NCBI GenBank assembly: GCA_050287785.1
Contig: JBNKCO010000010.1
Coordinates: 39,340 to 103,339, forward strand
From: Bacteroidales bacterium
GTDB lineage: Bacteria; Bacteroidota; Bacteroidia; Bacteroidales; UBA10428
Direction: 5' to 3'
Length of the DNA: 64,000 nucleotides
In this document: one piece after another, positions 19,458 through 29,632 of the stretch
How positions within the stretch are numbered: position 1 is the first letter of the stretch
Layout: each line of letters starts with the position of its first letter
The notes under the pieces: model-generated
Told to the model about the DNA's origin: nothing
Seen by the model: only the letters and a program-made list of their open reading frames with translations
Database searches by the model: none
Made by a program: the position numbers and the translations under genes

Positions 19458-22400
19458 TTATTCTTGAATTAGAGGAACTACTAAATCAAATTTAAATCCG
19501 TTTTCCAAATTGGTATGAAAATTAAAATTTGCATTTAAGGATTTTGCGCGACTAATTATATTTGATAGCCCCATACCTCCCGGCTTTTTGGCAGCTAAAG
19601 CTTTTTCTTCCAAACCTTTGCCATTGTCCTCAAATTTCAAATATAAGGAATCATTTTTTTCAAAAAGTTCAATAGAGATTTGATTTGCTCCTGAATGTTT
19701 AATAGAATTATTTAATAGCTCTTTTGATACTCGGTAAACCGATAACTCTATAGCTGGAGTATACCTGGTACTATCGATTTCTTGATGAAACTTTATTTCA
19801 ATATTGGATGAAACTTTATCGATAAATAACTCAAGTGCTGAAACTAAACCATAATTATTTAATACATGCGGATTTAAATCATTAGAAACATCTTTGGTTG
19901 TTGCTATTGCTTCTTTTACAATATCCTGCAAATTTTGAACAATAAACTGTTGTTTTTTTTCATCCTTTGCTTTATCAAACATTCCAATGTACATTTTTAT
20001 GCTAGAAAGAAGTGGCCCTAAATCGTCGTGTAAGTCTTTTGCAAATCGCTCTCTTTCTTTCTCTTCAGTTTTAATTATTGCATCTAAAATTTGTTTCTCC
20101 ATAATTTTGCGATCTGTAATATCACTAACGGTAAAAATAATGCTGCGAACTGAAGGATGATTCAGCATGCTTTGAGACTTAACTTCAAATACTCTGTACG
20201 AAGTATTGCTATATTTCATTCTTACCTCGTATGGAATGGTATAATCGCTGCCATTAATATGCAGCTGTATATTTTCTTCAGCTAACCATCGATCGTCAGG
20301 ATGAATAAGCTCTTTTAAATTATAACCCAACATTTCTTCTACTGCAAGCCCAAGATATTCTACTGACGATGGTGTAACGTACTTAATATTTGCATTTTCG
20401 TCTAATAAAAAAACAACATCTGATAAATTCTGTACTATCGACCTAAATCTTTCTTCACTCTCTCTCAGAGCATTTTCAACCATTTTTTGATAGGTAATAT
20501 CTCTACCAACTCCTACTATTTCTGATACTTCTCCTTGCTCATTTAAGATTGCGTTATTGCTCCAGGCTAACCATCTCCAACCATCCTTTGTTTTGGCTCT
20601 TTGCTCAAGATAACAACTATATGGAGGCTTGAATAATTTCTCCATTGCTAATTGAGTACTTACTTTATCTTCTTCATGTACCATTGGCACAAACTCTTCA
20701 CCAAATAACTCTTCTTCGGTTTTACCAAACATTTTACAATAAGAAAGACTTACAAATAATAATTTCCTATTAGTATCTACTTTGACAATCAGGTCATTCT
20801 GCCCCTCAACAATCATTCGGTACTTTTCTTCATTTTCTTTCAAGAGTTGCTCGGAATCTTTTCTGACACTAATATCTCTAAAGATTCCGATTACGCGCTC
20901 AGCTCCATAGATCATTGCTTTTTTGAGTGTGATTTCAGCCCAAAATTTTTCTCCTCCTGGCTTAGCTAGTCGGATTTCAAGGTCTTGAGGAGCCTCTACT
21001 GCTAATTGAATTATCTCAATAAATGTTCTTTTATCCAATAATCCATTATCTGCAACTAAATCGTTTACATTAGTCTGAAGAACATTTTCATAGCTATCCT
21101 GAAACATTTCAAGCGTAGCCTGATTTACATCAAGAATTTTACCTGTTTCAATATTAAAAATGAATATAGCTTCGCTTGAAGCATTATAAATTTCACGATA
21201 AGTTTTCTCACTTTCCAGCAGCTTTTGAACCGCTTGTTTTCGTTTTACGGCTCCAACAAAAATATCACCAATTACCTGTAAGAGACTCATCTCATCTTCA
21301 CTCCAATACCGTTCTTTATTACATGATGCTACTCCAAACAAACCGAGGAATTTGTTCTGATAAAATAATGCGGTATTTACAAATGAATGAATTCCATTCC
21401 TTTTACATTCCTTATAAATAAAACCTTTCGTATCAAGCTCATTCAGTGAATGTACCTGTACAATTCCTTTATCCAATAAATCTTTAAGGTGCTTACTAGT
21501 ATTGTCTATCTGGAAAGTTTCTATTGAATTATTGTCGATGTTTAGATTTTCGCTCTTAAAATAATGAGCAAGTGATATTTCTTTACTGTTTTCATCAAAG
21601 AAATAAATGTAGGCTGATTCTGTTTCTGAGAAAAGGCAAATCTCTTTTAAGGCTTGGTTTATATTCTTGTCTACATCATCATATTTAATATTAATAAACC
21701 GTGTGGAAATATCTACAATCAGGCTTTCAAAATGTTGCTGAAAAAGAATTTTCTCTTCAGCAAGTTTTTTTTCTGTTATATCAAACAAAAAACCATCCCA
21801 AAATAAAATATCGGAAGTTCCGGAATTAGGTTTTGCACGCATATAAAGCCAGCAGGTTTCACCAGTTTTATCTATTATTCTGAATTCAAGATTAATTTCA
21901 GCATCTTTATCATTAAATTTCTTGTAAGCCTGAATATAATTAAGTCGATCATCTGGATGGATCATTTTAAGAAATTCCTGTTTAAAGTCTATTTCTTCCA
22001 GAGAATCGCTATTTAAAAGTTGAGCAATGAAATTACCAGCATATACAATACTAATATTTTGGGTACTATATTGGTATTTAAATCTGAAAATAGCTCCGTG
22101 AGGCAAGTTATTGCTCAAAGAATTCAATTGTGCCTCAGACTCCTTCATTTTCGAAGAATGAGAAAAAACAAGTCTCTTTATTTCAGCCTTGTAATTCTCA
22201 AGTTCATTGTTTAGCCGATGAATCTCAAATGCTCTATCCTTAACAGCAACTTCAAGCTGACTCTCATGTCGCTCTAACTCATTTAAAATTTTCTTTGTTG
22301 ATGATTCGGGATCCTTAGATTTTTCTTTAAATATTATTTGTGAAGATTCAGTTTCAGTAAATCTTCGACCAACCAACTCGATTGAACTATCAATATTGTT

Positions 22401-22673
22401 ACGCTTAATTTCCGCATGAAAGTGCGAGGTCTTGTTTTCTAATCCAGAGATGAATTTTCGTAAATCTTTTGGAATATTAAATAGATTAATAAACTCATCG
22501 TGCCCCAAATGAGAATTTTGTGCTTTTAATAAATTCTTTGCTGCATCGTTAAGCTGAACCGCTCCGTTACTATTTATTTCAGCCATCGCAACACCTGAAA
22601 CCTCGGAAAGCCATTCTATCTTTTCGCTTGACGTTTTTAAATCATTTTCGTTCCTTTCACCGAAATTCGGCAT
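19458..22673 (-). CDS. Large soluble multi-PAS/GAF sensor histidine kinase (HisKA_3 + HATPase_c)
   Basis: 1071 aa. Repeated PAS-type segments (e.g. DITERK- and DVSDRK-like ends: FDITEKK, RDISVRK, RDITYQK, SDITDRK). H-box FAKDLHDDLGP of the NarX/DegS type. C-terminal N and G boxes (NNSIKHS, DNGKG, GGMGL). I saw no hydrophobic transmembrane segment. Confidence 0.88.
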   Translation of the reverse strand: MPNFGERNENDLKTSSEKIEWLSEVSGVAMAEINSNGAVQLNDAAKNLLKAQNSHLGHDEFINLFNIPKDLRKFISGLENKTSHFHAEIKRNNIDSSIELVGRRFTETESSQIIFKEKSKDPESSTKKILNELERHESQLEVAVKDRAFEIHRLNNELENYKAEIKRLVFSHSSKMKESEAQLNSLSNNLPHGAIFRFKYQYSTQNISIVYAGNFIAQLLNSDSLEEIDFKQEFLKMIHPDDRLNYIQAYKKFNDKDAEINLEFRIIDKTGETCWLYMRAKPNSGTSDILFWDGFLFDITEKKLAEEKILFQQHFESLIVDISTRFINIKYDDVDKNINQALKEICLFSETESAYIYFFDENSKEISLAHYFKSENLNIDNNSIETFQIDNTSKHLKDLLDKGIVQVHSLNELDTKGFIYKECKRNGIHSFVNTALFYQNKFLGLFGVASCNKERYWSEDEMSLLQVIGDIFVGAVKRKQAVQKLLESEKTYREIYNASSEAIFIFNIETGKILDVNQATLEMFQDSYENVLQTNVNDLVADNGLLDKRTFIEIIQLAVEAPQDLEIRLAKPGGEKFWAEITLKKAMIYGAERVIGIFRDISVRKDSEQLLKENEEKYRMIVEGQNDLIVKVDTNRKLLFVSLSYCKMFGKTEEELFGEEFVPMVHEEDKVSTQLAMEKLFKPPYSCYLEQRAKTKDGWRWLAWSNNAILNEQGEVSEIVGVGRDITYQKMVENALRESEERFRSIVQNLSDVVFLLDENANIKYVTPSSVEYLGLAVEEMLGYNLKELIHPDDRWLAEENIQLHINGSDYTIPYEVRMKYSNTSYRVFEVKSQSMLNHPSVRSIIFTVSDITDRKIMEKQILDAIIKTEEKERERFAKDLHDDLGPLLSSIKMYIGMFDKAKDEKKQQFIVQNLQDIVKEAIATTKDVSNDLNPHVLNNYGLVSALELFIDKVSSNIEIKFHQEIDSTRYTPAIELSVYRVSKELLNNSIKHSGANQISIELFEKNDSLYLKFEDNGKGLEEKALAAKKPGGMGLSNIISRAKSLNANFNFHTNLENGFKFDLVVPLIQE

Positions 22674-22680
22674 AGCTGAT

Positions 22681-22688
22681 TATTTTTG
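22681..22688 (+). promoter_or_regulatory. Candidate Bacteroidota -7 promoter box (TAttTTTG)
   Basis: Exact TAnnTTTG match 47 nt upstream of the hemW ATG at 22735. Confidence 0.3.
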
Positions 22689-22734
22689 TAACGAATCAAT
22701 TAAAGATATAAATTTTTCTTGCACCTGCATAACA

Positions 22735-23871
22735 ATGGCTGGCTTTTATATACATATCCCCCTTTGCCGCAAGGTTTGCTACTACTGTGATTTTCATTTT
22801 GTAGCAAGTCTTAAACATAAAGATATTCTGGTGGAATCATTACTAACCGAAATAAAACAACGTAGTTCTGATTGGAAAAATCACACATTTTCAACCATCT
22901 ATTTTGGCGGTGGTACTCCTTCTGTGCTATCAATTGAAGAGATAAATAAACTAGTATCTCAGGTATACAAATATTACAACATTGCAAATAAAATTGAATT
23001 TACTCTCGAAGCAAATCCCGATGATTTAAGTAAGGACTATTTGAAAGAGCTTAAACATTATACTAATGTTAATCGACTAAGCGTTGGTGTCCAATCGTTT
23101 CACGATAAAGATTTAGAATTCACAAACCGCAGACACAACGGAGGACAAGCGATAAATAGCATTAAAAATGCAAAAGAGGTTGGTTTTGAGAACATTACCT
23201 TGGACTTAATTTATGGCATTCCAGGATTATCGCTTAGTGAATGGAATGAAAACCTTGATACTTTCCTGCAATTGGATATTCCCCATTTAGCAGCTTATCA
23301 TTTATCTATTGAACCAAAAACTGTATTCGGAGTATTTCAAAAAAAGAATAAAATACAGGAAATTAATGAGGAACTAAGCATTCAACAATACAATTTGTTA
23401 ATTGATAAGCTAAAAGCACAGGGATACGAGCATTATGAAATATCAAACTTTGCAAAAAAAGGAATGTATTCTAAACATAACACTGGATACTGGCAAGGAA
23501 ATGAATATATTGGAATAGGCCCTTCAGCACATTCTTTTGTTGGTAATACCCGAAGATGGAACATCGCAAACAATACTAAATATTGTAGTACAATACTAAA
23601 AGAGTTTTCAGACTGTTTCGAATACGAAGAACTAACTAATAATGACCGCTTTAACGACTATCTATTAACCTCGTTGCGTACAATTTGGGGTGCAAACCTG
23701 AATTTTATAAAACATGAATTTGGAGAAAAATATTTCGAATATTGCCAACAACAAATTAAAAAATATACAGATGCATCTCAATTAGAATTGAATGAGAATA
23801 TGTTTAGAATATCAGAAAAAGGCTGGTTAGTTTCAGATTCTATTCTAGCAGATTTATTCTATCAGGAATGA
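22735..23871 (+). CDS. hemW: Radical SAM heme chaperone HemW (oxygen-independent coproporphyrinogen III oxidase-like)
   Basis: HIPLCRKVCYYCDF (CxxxCxxC radical SAM cluster), GGGTPS and HemN_C-like C-terminus. 378 aa. Confidence 0.87.
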   Translation: MAGFYIHIPLCRKVCYYCDFHFVASLKHKDILVESLLTEIKQRSSDWKNHTFSTIYFGGGTPSVLSIEEINKLVSQVYKYYNIANKIEFTLEANPDDLSKDYLKELKHYTNVNRLSVGVQSFHDKDLEFTNRRHNGGQAINSIKNAKEVGFENITLDLIYGIPGLSLSEWNENLDTFLQLDIPHLAAYHLSIEPKTVFGVFQKKNKIQEINEELSIQQYNLLIDKLKAQGYEHYEISNFAKKGMYSKHNTGYWQGNEYIGIGPSAHSFVGNTRRWNIANNTKYCSTILKEFSDCFEYEELTNNDRFNDYLLTSLRTIWGANLNFIKHEFGEKYFEYCQQQIKKYTDASQLELNENMFRISEKGWLVSDSILADLFYQE

Positions 23872-23909
23872 AAAAACGGTTTTGACCTATAATTATCAAA
23901 ACCGTTTTT
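23871..23909. terminator. Bidirectional intrinsic terminator between convergent hemW and the lipoprotein gene
   Basis: 11-bp perfect stem aacggttttga / tcaaaaccgtt, flanked by A6 and T-run. Confidence 0.72.
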
Positions 23910-23928
23910 CTTGAACTTCTATTTTTTT

Positions 23929-24768
23929 CTATTTAGTGCAAACTGCGTCATATCCATAGCTATCCCAACAATGCCATAGCTCATCATCAAATTTATGAGG
24001 AGCTTTTACATGACCGAAATATTCGGTTGTGCTCCATTCTATATCAACATTGACCATGGATTGTGACCAAATATCGTAAAAGTAAATATTAAAGAAAGCA
24101 TTGTAATCACCTTCTTGCAAGCCAAATGTTAAATAACTTCCATAACCAGGTTCAGTTTCTCTCGCATTATTTAACTTACGAACATATGTATATTTTACCA
24201 TTCCAATAACATCCGAATCCTTTTCCCAGTCAATTGTAAGAACTTCTTCCTGAAAATCATAACTATGGTAGAGGGTCCACTGTCCTGATTCTCTGTTAAT
24301 ATCAGATACTCCTTCAAACCACTTAAATTCAGCATAACCTCCAATTCCTTCTTTAGTAATATACATCTCCCACTTGATTTCATCCGTCATCAATTCACCA
24401 GTAAGACGGGCAATTATTTTTGAAGTAAACCCTTTCACTTCATAGCTCCATTGCCATTTATTATCTCCCAGATAGTTGGCTTTATTCTGGAAAGAAGCGT
24501 AGAAAGATGCCACAGGCACAGCAAGAGTAGTTCCAGTAATTAAGCTCCAGAATCCAACATTCCCTTTAGCAAATTGCCAATTTGCCATTGTCGTAGTATC
24601 CACATTTCCTATTGATTTAGTAGCATCAACTTTCAACTTAGAAAAATCGATTACCATAGATTCATATGGTGGCAATTCCGGCGCCACTGGCTCATTATCC
24701 TTTTCACAACTAATTGTAAAAACAGAAAAAAATGCAACCAGCAATAGACTTAATATGAACTTTTTCAT
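23929..24768 (-). CDS. Hypothetical lipoprotein
   Basis: Signal peptide ending in FTISC, followed by EKDNE, an acidic surface-export-like tract. Aromatic-rich (W/Y) 260-aa mature part with no family recognised. Confidence 0.6.
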   Translation of the reverse strand: MKKFILSLLLVAFFSVFTISCEKDNEPVAPELPPYESMVIDFSKLKVDATKSIGNVDTTTMANWQFAKGNVGFWSLITGTTLAVPVASFYASFQNKANYLGDNKWQWSYEVKGFTSKIIARLTGELMTDEIKWEMYITKEGIGGYAEFKWFEGVSDINRESGQWTLYHSYDFQEEVLTIDWEKDSDVIGMVKYTYVRKLNNARETEPGYGSYLTFGLQEGDYNAFFNIYFYDIWSQSMVNVDIEWSTTEYFGHVKAPHKFDDELWHCWDSYGYDAVCTK

Positions 24769-24955
24769 TTTAGAGCAATTTTTAGTTATAAATCCGTTTT
24801 GTGTTTGCTTTTAAGAAATATACGATTTAATAAATTAAAAGTTTTAAATTAAGTGAAGATATAAGTATCACAAATTAGTAAGAGTAGGCATAATGCAAGA
24901 TTTATTTATAATTTGCAGGTCGAAAACAATATCAATATCTCAAATTAAATCATAA

Positions 24956-25717
24956 ATGCTTTCTATATTTAAAAAACATAAAACCGGCCTAGTATTAAGC
25001 GGTGGTGGTGCCAGAGGAATTGCACACCTTGGAGTTCTTCAATATTTACATGAAAATAAGCTCCGCCCATCAATTATTTCCGGTGTAAGTGCCGGCTCGT
25101 TGGCAGCTGCCTTTTATGCCGATGGACATGCTCCCTCTGAAATTCTTGAGTTCTTTAGTTCCAAAAAATTGTATCATTTAATGCGGCTTACTTTTCCAAA
25201 GTCGGGTTTTCTAAAGGTAAAAGGACTAAAAGATATATTATCCAAAAACCTAAAAGCTCAGAATATTGAAGACCTTGAATTACCTATAGTAATTGCCGCA
25301 ACAAATTTTAATACTGGTAAAATTGAATATTTCACCCAAGGAAATTTAATTGATGCTTTATTAGCCTCATCTGCTATACCAACATTGTTCGAATTACACA
25401 AAATGAATGGTAATCTATACTTTGATGGCGGGATAATGGATAATCTGCCTATAAAACCCATACTTGGAGTGTGCCGAAAATATATTGCAGTACACGTAAA
25501 TCCTCTAGCCCCTATAGAAAAAGCCAGCAGTCCGATACATGTTGCTGAACGTGCATTCCATCTCGCTATAGCTGCTGAACTGGAAAATAAGAAGGTTTTA
25601 TTTGACACATTCATTGAACCACCGGAATTATCTGATTTTAGTATGCTTGACGTTAAAAAATCCCGTGAGATATTTGACATTGGCTATCATCATGCATCAA
25701 AAGTTCTAGCAAAATAA
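24956..25717 (+). CDS. Patatin-like phospholipase
   Basis: GGGARG oxyanion motif, GVSAGS nucleophile elbow (GxSxG) and DGG catalytic Asp motif. 253 aa. Confidence 0.87.
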   Translation: MLSIFKKHKTGLVLSGGGARGIAHLGVLQYLHENKLRPSIISGVSAGSLAAAFYADGHAPSEILEFFSSKKLYHLMRLTFPKSGFLKVKGLKDILSKNLKAQNIEDLELPIVIAATNFNTGKIEYFTQGNLIDALLASSAIPTLFELHKMNGNLYFDGGIMDNLPIKPILGVCRKYIAVHVNPLAPIEKASSPIHVAERAFHLAIAAELENKKVLFDTFIEPPELSDFSMLDVKKSREIFDIGYHHASKVLAK

Positions 25718-25721
25718 TTGT

Positions 25722-25729
25722 TACCTTTG
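25722..25729 (+). promoter_or_regulatory. Candidate Bacteroidota -7 promoter box (TAccTTTG)
   Basis: Exact TAnnTTTG match 32 nt upstream of the cysS ATG at 25761. Confidence 0.35.
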
Positions 25730-25760
25730 CTTCCTGTTATTTTTAAAATTTTTTGTTTCT

Positions 25761-27233
25761 ATGGAACATAAGCTATCATTATATAATTCAATAAGTCGTA
25801 AGAAAGAACAATTCATTCCTATAAATCCACCAAATGTTGGTTTGTATGTCTGTGGTCCTACAGTTTACAGCGATGTACATCTGGGGAATTGCAGAACCTT
25901 TATATCTTTTGATATAATTTATCGATATTTATTACACTTAGGCTATAAAGTCCGATATGTCAGAAATATAACAGACGCTGGGCATTTAGAAGGCGACCAG
26001 GATGAAGGCGATGATAAATTTGCAAAAAGAGCAAAGCTTGAACAATTAGAACCAATGGAAATTGTTCAGAAGTATACTCTTGGTTTTCGTGATGTGATGA
26101 GTACTTTCAATAATTTATCTCCCAGTATTGAACCTACTGCTACTGGCCATATTTCAGAGCAAATTGAAATGATTAAAGAAATCATTAATAATGGTTTTGC
26201 TTATGAAAAAGACGGAACTATCTATTTTGATGTAGAAAAGTATAATACTTTATTTCCTTATGGACAGTTAACAAACAGAAAGTTAGAAGACCTTCTTGAA
26301 GGCACTCGTGAACTTAGTGGGCAGGATGAAAAGAATGGAAGACTTGATTTTGCCCTCTGGATAAAAGCTAAACCTGAAACTTTAATGAAATGGCCATCGC
26401 CTTGGGGGTGGGGATTTCCAGGTTGGCATATCGAATGTTCAGCTATGAGTACAAAGTACTTAGGAGAAACATTTGACATTCATGGTGGTGGTATGGATTT
26501 ACAAGCTACCCATCATACCAATGAAATTGCACAATCTCAAGCTTGTAGCAATACCGCTCCTGTAAAATATTGGATGCATACAAATATGCTTACTGTAAAT
26601 GGCACGAGAATGTCTAAAAGTGCTGGTAATGGTTTTCTGCCAGGAGAATTATTTTCAGGCAACCATCCCTTACTTGAGAAAGGGTACTCCCCAATGGTTG
26701 TTCGGTTTTTTATGGCACAAGCACACTATAGAAGTCCTCTTGACTTCTCTAATGAAGCCTTACAGGCCGCTGAAAAAGGATTTCAAAAGCTAATGAATGC
26801 AGGAGAGACTTTGCATAAATTGCAAGCAAATACTGAGTCGACTGTTAATATTAAAGCCCTTGAAGAAAATTGTTACAAGGCAATGAACGATGACTTTAAT
26901 AGTCCTATTTTAATTGCACAATTATTCGATGCAGTTAGAATAATTAATTCTGTAAACGATGGAACAGAAAAAATCAATGAGAATGATTTAACTATTCTAA
27001 AATCACTTTATAATTCTTTTGTTTTTGAAATATTAGGTTTAAAAAATAATAATTCTGATTCTGAAGCTAAAGATGAACTAGCACCTGAATTAATGAACAT
27101 GATTATTAATCTTCGGACAGAGGCAAAAAATAATAAAGACTGGCCGACAGCCGATTACATTCGCGATCAATTAAAGAAACTTAAGATTGTTCTTAAAGAC
27201 ACAAAAGAAGGAACCGAATGGGAAAAAGAGTAG
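25761..27233 (+). CDS. cysS: Cysteine--tRNA ligase
   Basis: CGPTVYSDVHLGN (HIGH-type), WHIECS zinc site and KMSKS (RMSKSAGN). 490 aa. Confidence 0.96.
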   Translation: MEHKLSLYNSISRKKEQFIPINPPNVGLYVCGPTVYSDVHLGNCRTFISFDIIYRYLLHLGYKVRYVRNITDAGHLEGDQDEGDDKFAKRAKLEQLEPMEIVQKYTLGFRDVMSTFNNLSPSIEPTATGHISEQIEMIKEIINNGFAYEKDGTIYFDVEKYNTLFPYGQLTNRKLEDLLEGTRELSGQDEKNGRLDFALWIKAKPETLMKWPSPWGWGFPGWHIECSAMSTKYLGETFDIHGGGMDLQATHHTNEIAQSQACSNTAPVKYWMHTNMLTVNGTRMSKSAGNGFLPGELFSGNHPLLEKGYSPMVVRFFMAQAHYRSPLDFSNEALQAAEKGFQKLMNAGETLHKLQANTESTVNIKALEENCYKAMNDDFNSPILIAQLFDAVRIINSVNDGTEKINENDLTILKSLYNSFVFEILGLKNNNSDSEAKDELAPELMNMIINLRTEAKNNKDWPTADYIRDQLKKLKIVLKDTKEGTEWEKE

Positions 27234-27262
27234 AAATCGCAGACTCAAGATCGAATATAATC

Positions 27263-28207
27263 TTACTTTATATTCTTACATAGCGGATGATATTCGCCTT
27301 TTAGACCAATAGGTGTATTGTTTCTTATTTCATAAACAGTATCAATAGCTGGTTTAGAATCATAAATTCCAAAACCATCCCCTTTTAAAATATGCTGATA
27401 ACTTTGAGTATGCAAATCGGTGAAACCTCCACTAAATTCTATTTCTTTATTGTTAATAGTTATTGAACGAAATGTCCGTTGTCCAGTAGCTTTAACTTCT
27501 TCAGGAATATCATCATAATCAACACTCAGATACCATTTTACTCTGGCTTTTTCCAGGTCAAGGTAACCGGAAGCTTTATCATCGCGAGAGATATGAACAA
27601 TGTTCTGCTTCACAGATCCAAAAATCCATGTTAACATATCAAAGAAATGAACACCAATATTTGTTGCTATTCCACCTGATTTTTGCATATTACCTTTCCA
27701 TGATATATGGTACCATCTACCTCTACTTGTGATGTATGATAAATCGATGTCATAAATTTTATCAGCTGGACCTTCATCTACCATTTTCTTCAGCTCAATA
27801 ATTGAAGGGTGGAGTCTTAATTGAAGAATATTATAAATTCTATTTCCCGATTCTTTTTCAATTTCACCAAGAGCATCTACGTTCCAGGGATTTAGCACGA
27901 GTGGTTTTTCGCATATTGCATCTGCATTGGCTCTTAATGCAAAACGGATATGTGAATCGTGTAAATAATTTGGCGAACAAATGCTAACATAATCGAGGTG
28001 ATTATTACATCTTCTTTGTTTGTCAACATGCCTGTCAAAACGTTCAAACTCCACAAAAAACGGACTGTCAGGAAAATAACTATCAATTAAACCAACACTA
28101 TCGCAAGGATCTAGAGAGGCTAAAAGGTTATTTCCTGTATCTTTTATTGCTCTAAGATGTCTTTCAGCAATGTAACCTCCTACTCCTATTAAAGCAAAAT
28201 TTTTCAT
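27263..28207 (-). CDS. Gfo/Idh/MocA oxidoreductase, WbpB/WlbA-like (UDP-GlcNAcA 3-dehydrogenase type)
   Basis: N-terminus MKNFALIGVGGYIAERHLRAIKDTGN matches my recollection of WbpB closely. 314 aa. Adjacent to the WbpA-like dehydrogenase. Confidence 0.78.
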   Translation of the reverse strand: MKNFALIGVGGYIAERHLRAIKDTGNNLLASLDPCDSVGLIDSYFPDSPFFVEFERFDRHVDKQRRCNNHLDYVSICSPNYLHDSHIRFALRANADAICEKPLVLNPWNVDALGEIEKESGNRIYNILQLRLHPSIIELKKMVDEGPADKIYDIDLSYITSRGRWYHISWKGNMQKSGGIATNIGVHFFDMLTWIFGSVKQNIVHISRDDKASGYLDLEKARVKWYLSVDYDDIPEEVKATGQRTFRSITINNKEIEFSGGFTDLHTQSYQHILKGDGFGIYDSKPAIDTVYEIRNNTPIGLKGEYHPLCKNIK

Positions 28208-28223
28208 AGTGAGTCAAATATTT

Positions 28224-29516
28224 TTATAAGCTTATGTAATTAATATTTTTTGTTTCTCCTCGGAATAAACCTTTAACATCAAAAAGGAAACCAGGCTCAT
28301 TCATCATAGCCTTGAAATCACCCTCTTTTAAATTTAAATACGGTTTGTGGGCAACAGCAACTACAATTGAATCATAAATACCGGTTGGTTCTTTGACCAT
28401 ATCTATTCCGTATTCTGTCTTAACCTCTTCTGTATCTGCAAATGGATCAACAACATCAACCTGGGTGCCATAGCTTTTAAGTTCATAAATTACATCTGCC
28501 ACTTTTGAGTTACGAATATCGGCAACATCTTCCTTAAATGTAATTCCCATTACTAAAACACGAGAATTAGGAATACTTTTACCTGCCTTAATCATATCTT
28601 TGATAAGGTTGGTTACTATAAATTTGCTCATTTCATCGTTTACAGCACGACCAGCTGTAATTACCTGAGCATGATGCCCCAGTTGATTAGCTTTAAAAGT
28701 AAGATAATAGGGGTCCACACCTATACAGTGCCCTCCAACAAGACCCGGAAAGAATTTCAAAAAATTCCACTTGGTTCCTGCTGCTTCTAATACCTCAAAT
28801 GTATTTATCCCCACCTTTTGGAAAATGACGGATAATTCATTCATAAGAGCTATGTTTAAGTCGCGCTGGGTATTTTCAATTACTTTAGCAGCTTCAGCAA
28901 CCTTAATTGATGATGCTCTGTAAACTCCTGCTATAATTATTTGTTCGTAAATCTTTGCTATCTCCTCAGCCGATTCTGCATCTCCACCCGATACAACTTT
29001 CACAACATTTGTTAAAGTATGCTTAGTATCGCCAGGATTAATTCTTTCAGGTGAATATCCAACTTTAAAATCGTCTTGATATTTTAAGCCAGATAATTCT
29101 TCTAATATTGGAATACAAATTTCCTCTGTTGCTCCAGGAAAAACAGTAGACTCATAAACAACATAATCTCCTTTTTTAATGATTCTACCAACAGTTTCCG
29201 ATGCTTTCTTCAGAGGAGTGAAGTCTGGCAATTTATTATTATCTATGGGTGTTGGTACAGCAACTACATGAAATGCAGCTTCTCTCAAATCCTCAGGATT
29301 TGACGTAAACACAATATCTACATTCTCAAAGGAAGAAGCTTCAAGTTCCTTACTTGGATCTATTTTATTCTGTATCATTTCGACACGTTCCTGGCTAATA
29401 TCAAATCCAATAACTTTAAAATACTTAGCAAATTCTAAAGCAATTGGTAAACCAACATAGCCTAATCCAATTAGCGAAATTTGTTCTTCTTTATTCTTTA
29501 GTTTTTCAAAAATCAT
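28224..29516 (-). CDS. Nucleotide-sugar (UDP-GlcNAc/ManNAc-type) 6-dehydrogenase, WbpA-like
   Basis: GLGYVGLP Rossmann motif, the catalytic GGHCIGVDP cysteine motif and the UDPG_MGDP_dh C-terminal domain. 430 aa. Confidence 0.85.
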   Translation of the reverse strand: MIFEKLKNKEEQISLIGLGYVGLPIALEFAKYFKVIGFDISQERVEMIQNKIDPSKELEASSFENVDIVFTSNPEDLREAAFHVVAVPTPIDNNKLPDFTPLKKASETVGRIIKKGDYVVYESTVFPGATEEICIPILEELSGLKYQDDFKVGYSPERINPGDTKHTLTNVVKVVSGGDAESAEEIAKIYEQIIIAGVYRASSIKVAEAAKVIENTQRDLNIALMNELSVIFQKVGINTFEVLEAAGTKWNFLKFFPGLVGGHCIGVDPYYLTFKANQLGHHAQVITAGRAVNDEMSKFIVTNLIKDMIKAGKSIPNSRVLVMGITFKEDVADIRNSKVADVIYELKSYGTQVDVVDPFADTEEVKTEYGIDMVKEPTGIYDSIVVAVAHKPYLNLKEGDFKAMMNEPGFLFDVKGLFRGETKNINYISL

Positions 29517-29582
29517 AACTCTATAATAAAACTTATCCTTAAATATAGCCTTTTATACAATAACCTAAGGGACATTTCACAC

Positions 29583-29614
29583 AAAAAAGAAAGCCAAGAC
29601 ACTGCCTTGGCTTT
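29583..29614 (-). terminator. Intrinsic terminator downstream of metK
   Basis: Stem aagccaag / cttggctt with a 7-nt loop. On the minus strand it is followed by a T-rich run (plus-strand aaaaaaga). Confidence 0.7.
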
Positions 29615-29632
29615 CATATATATTTGGATTAA

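Noticed and set aside
24956-25717. Patatin-like phospholipase as a possible anti-phage (CBASS-type) effector.
   Set aside because: It is a stand-alone 253-aa patatin with no cyclase, sensor or other defence gene nearby, and it is flanked by housekeeping genes. It is more consistent with the conserved RssA-like housekeeping family.
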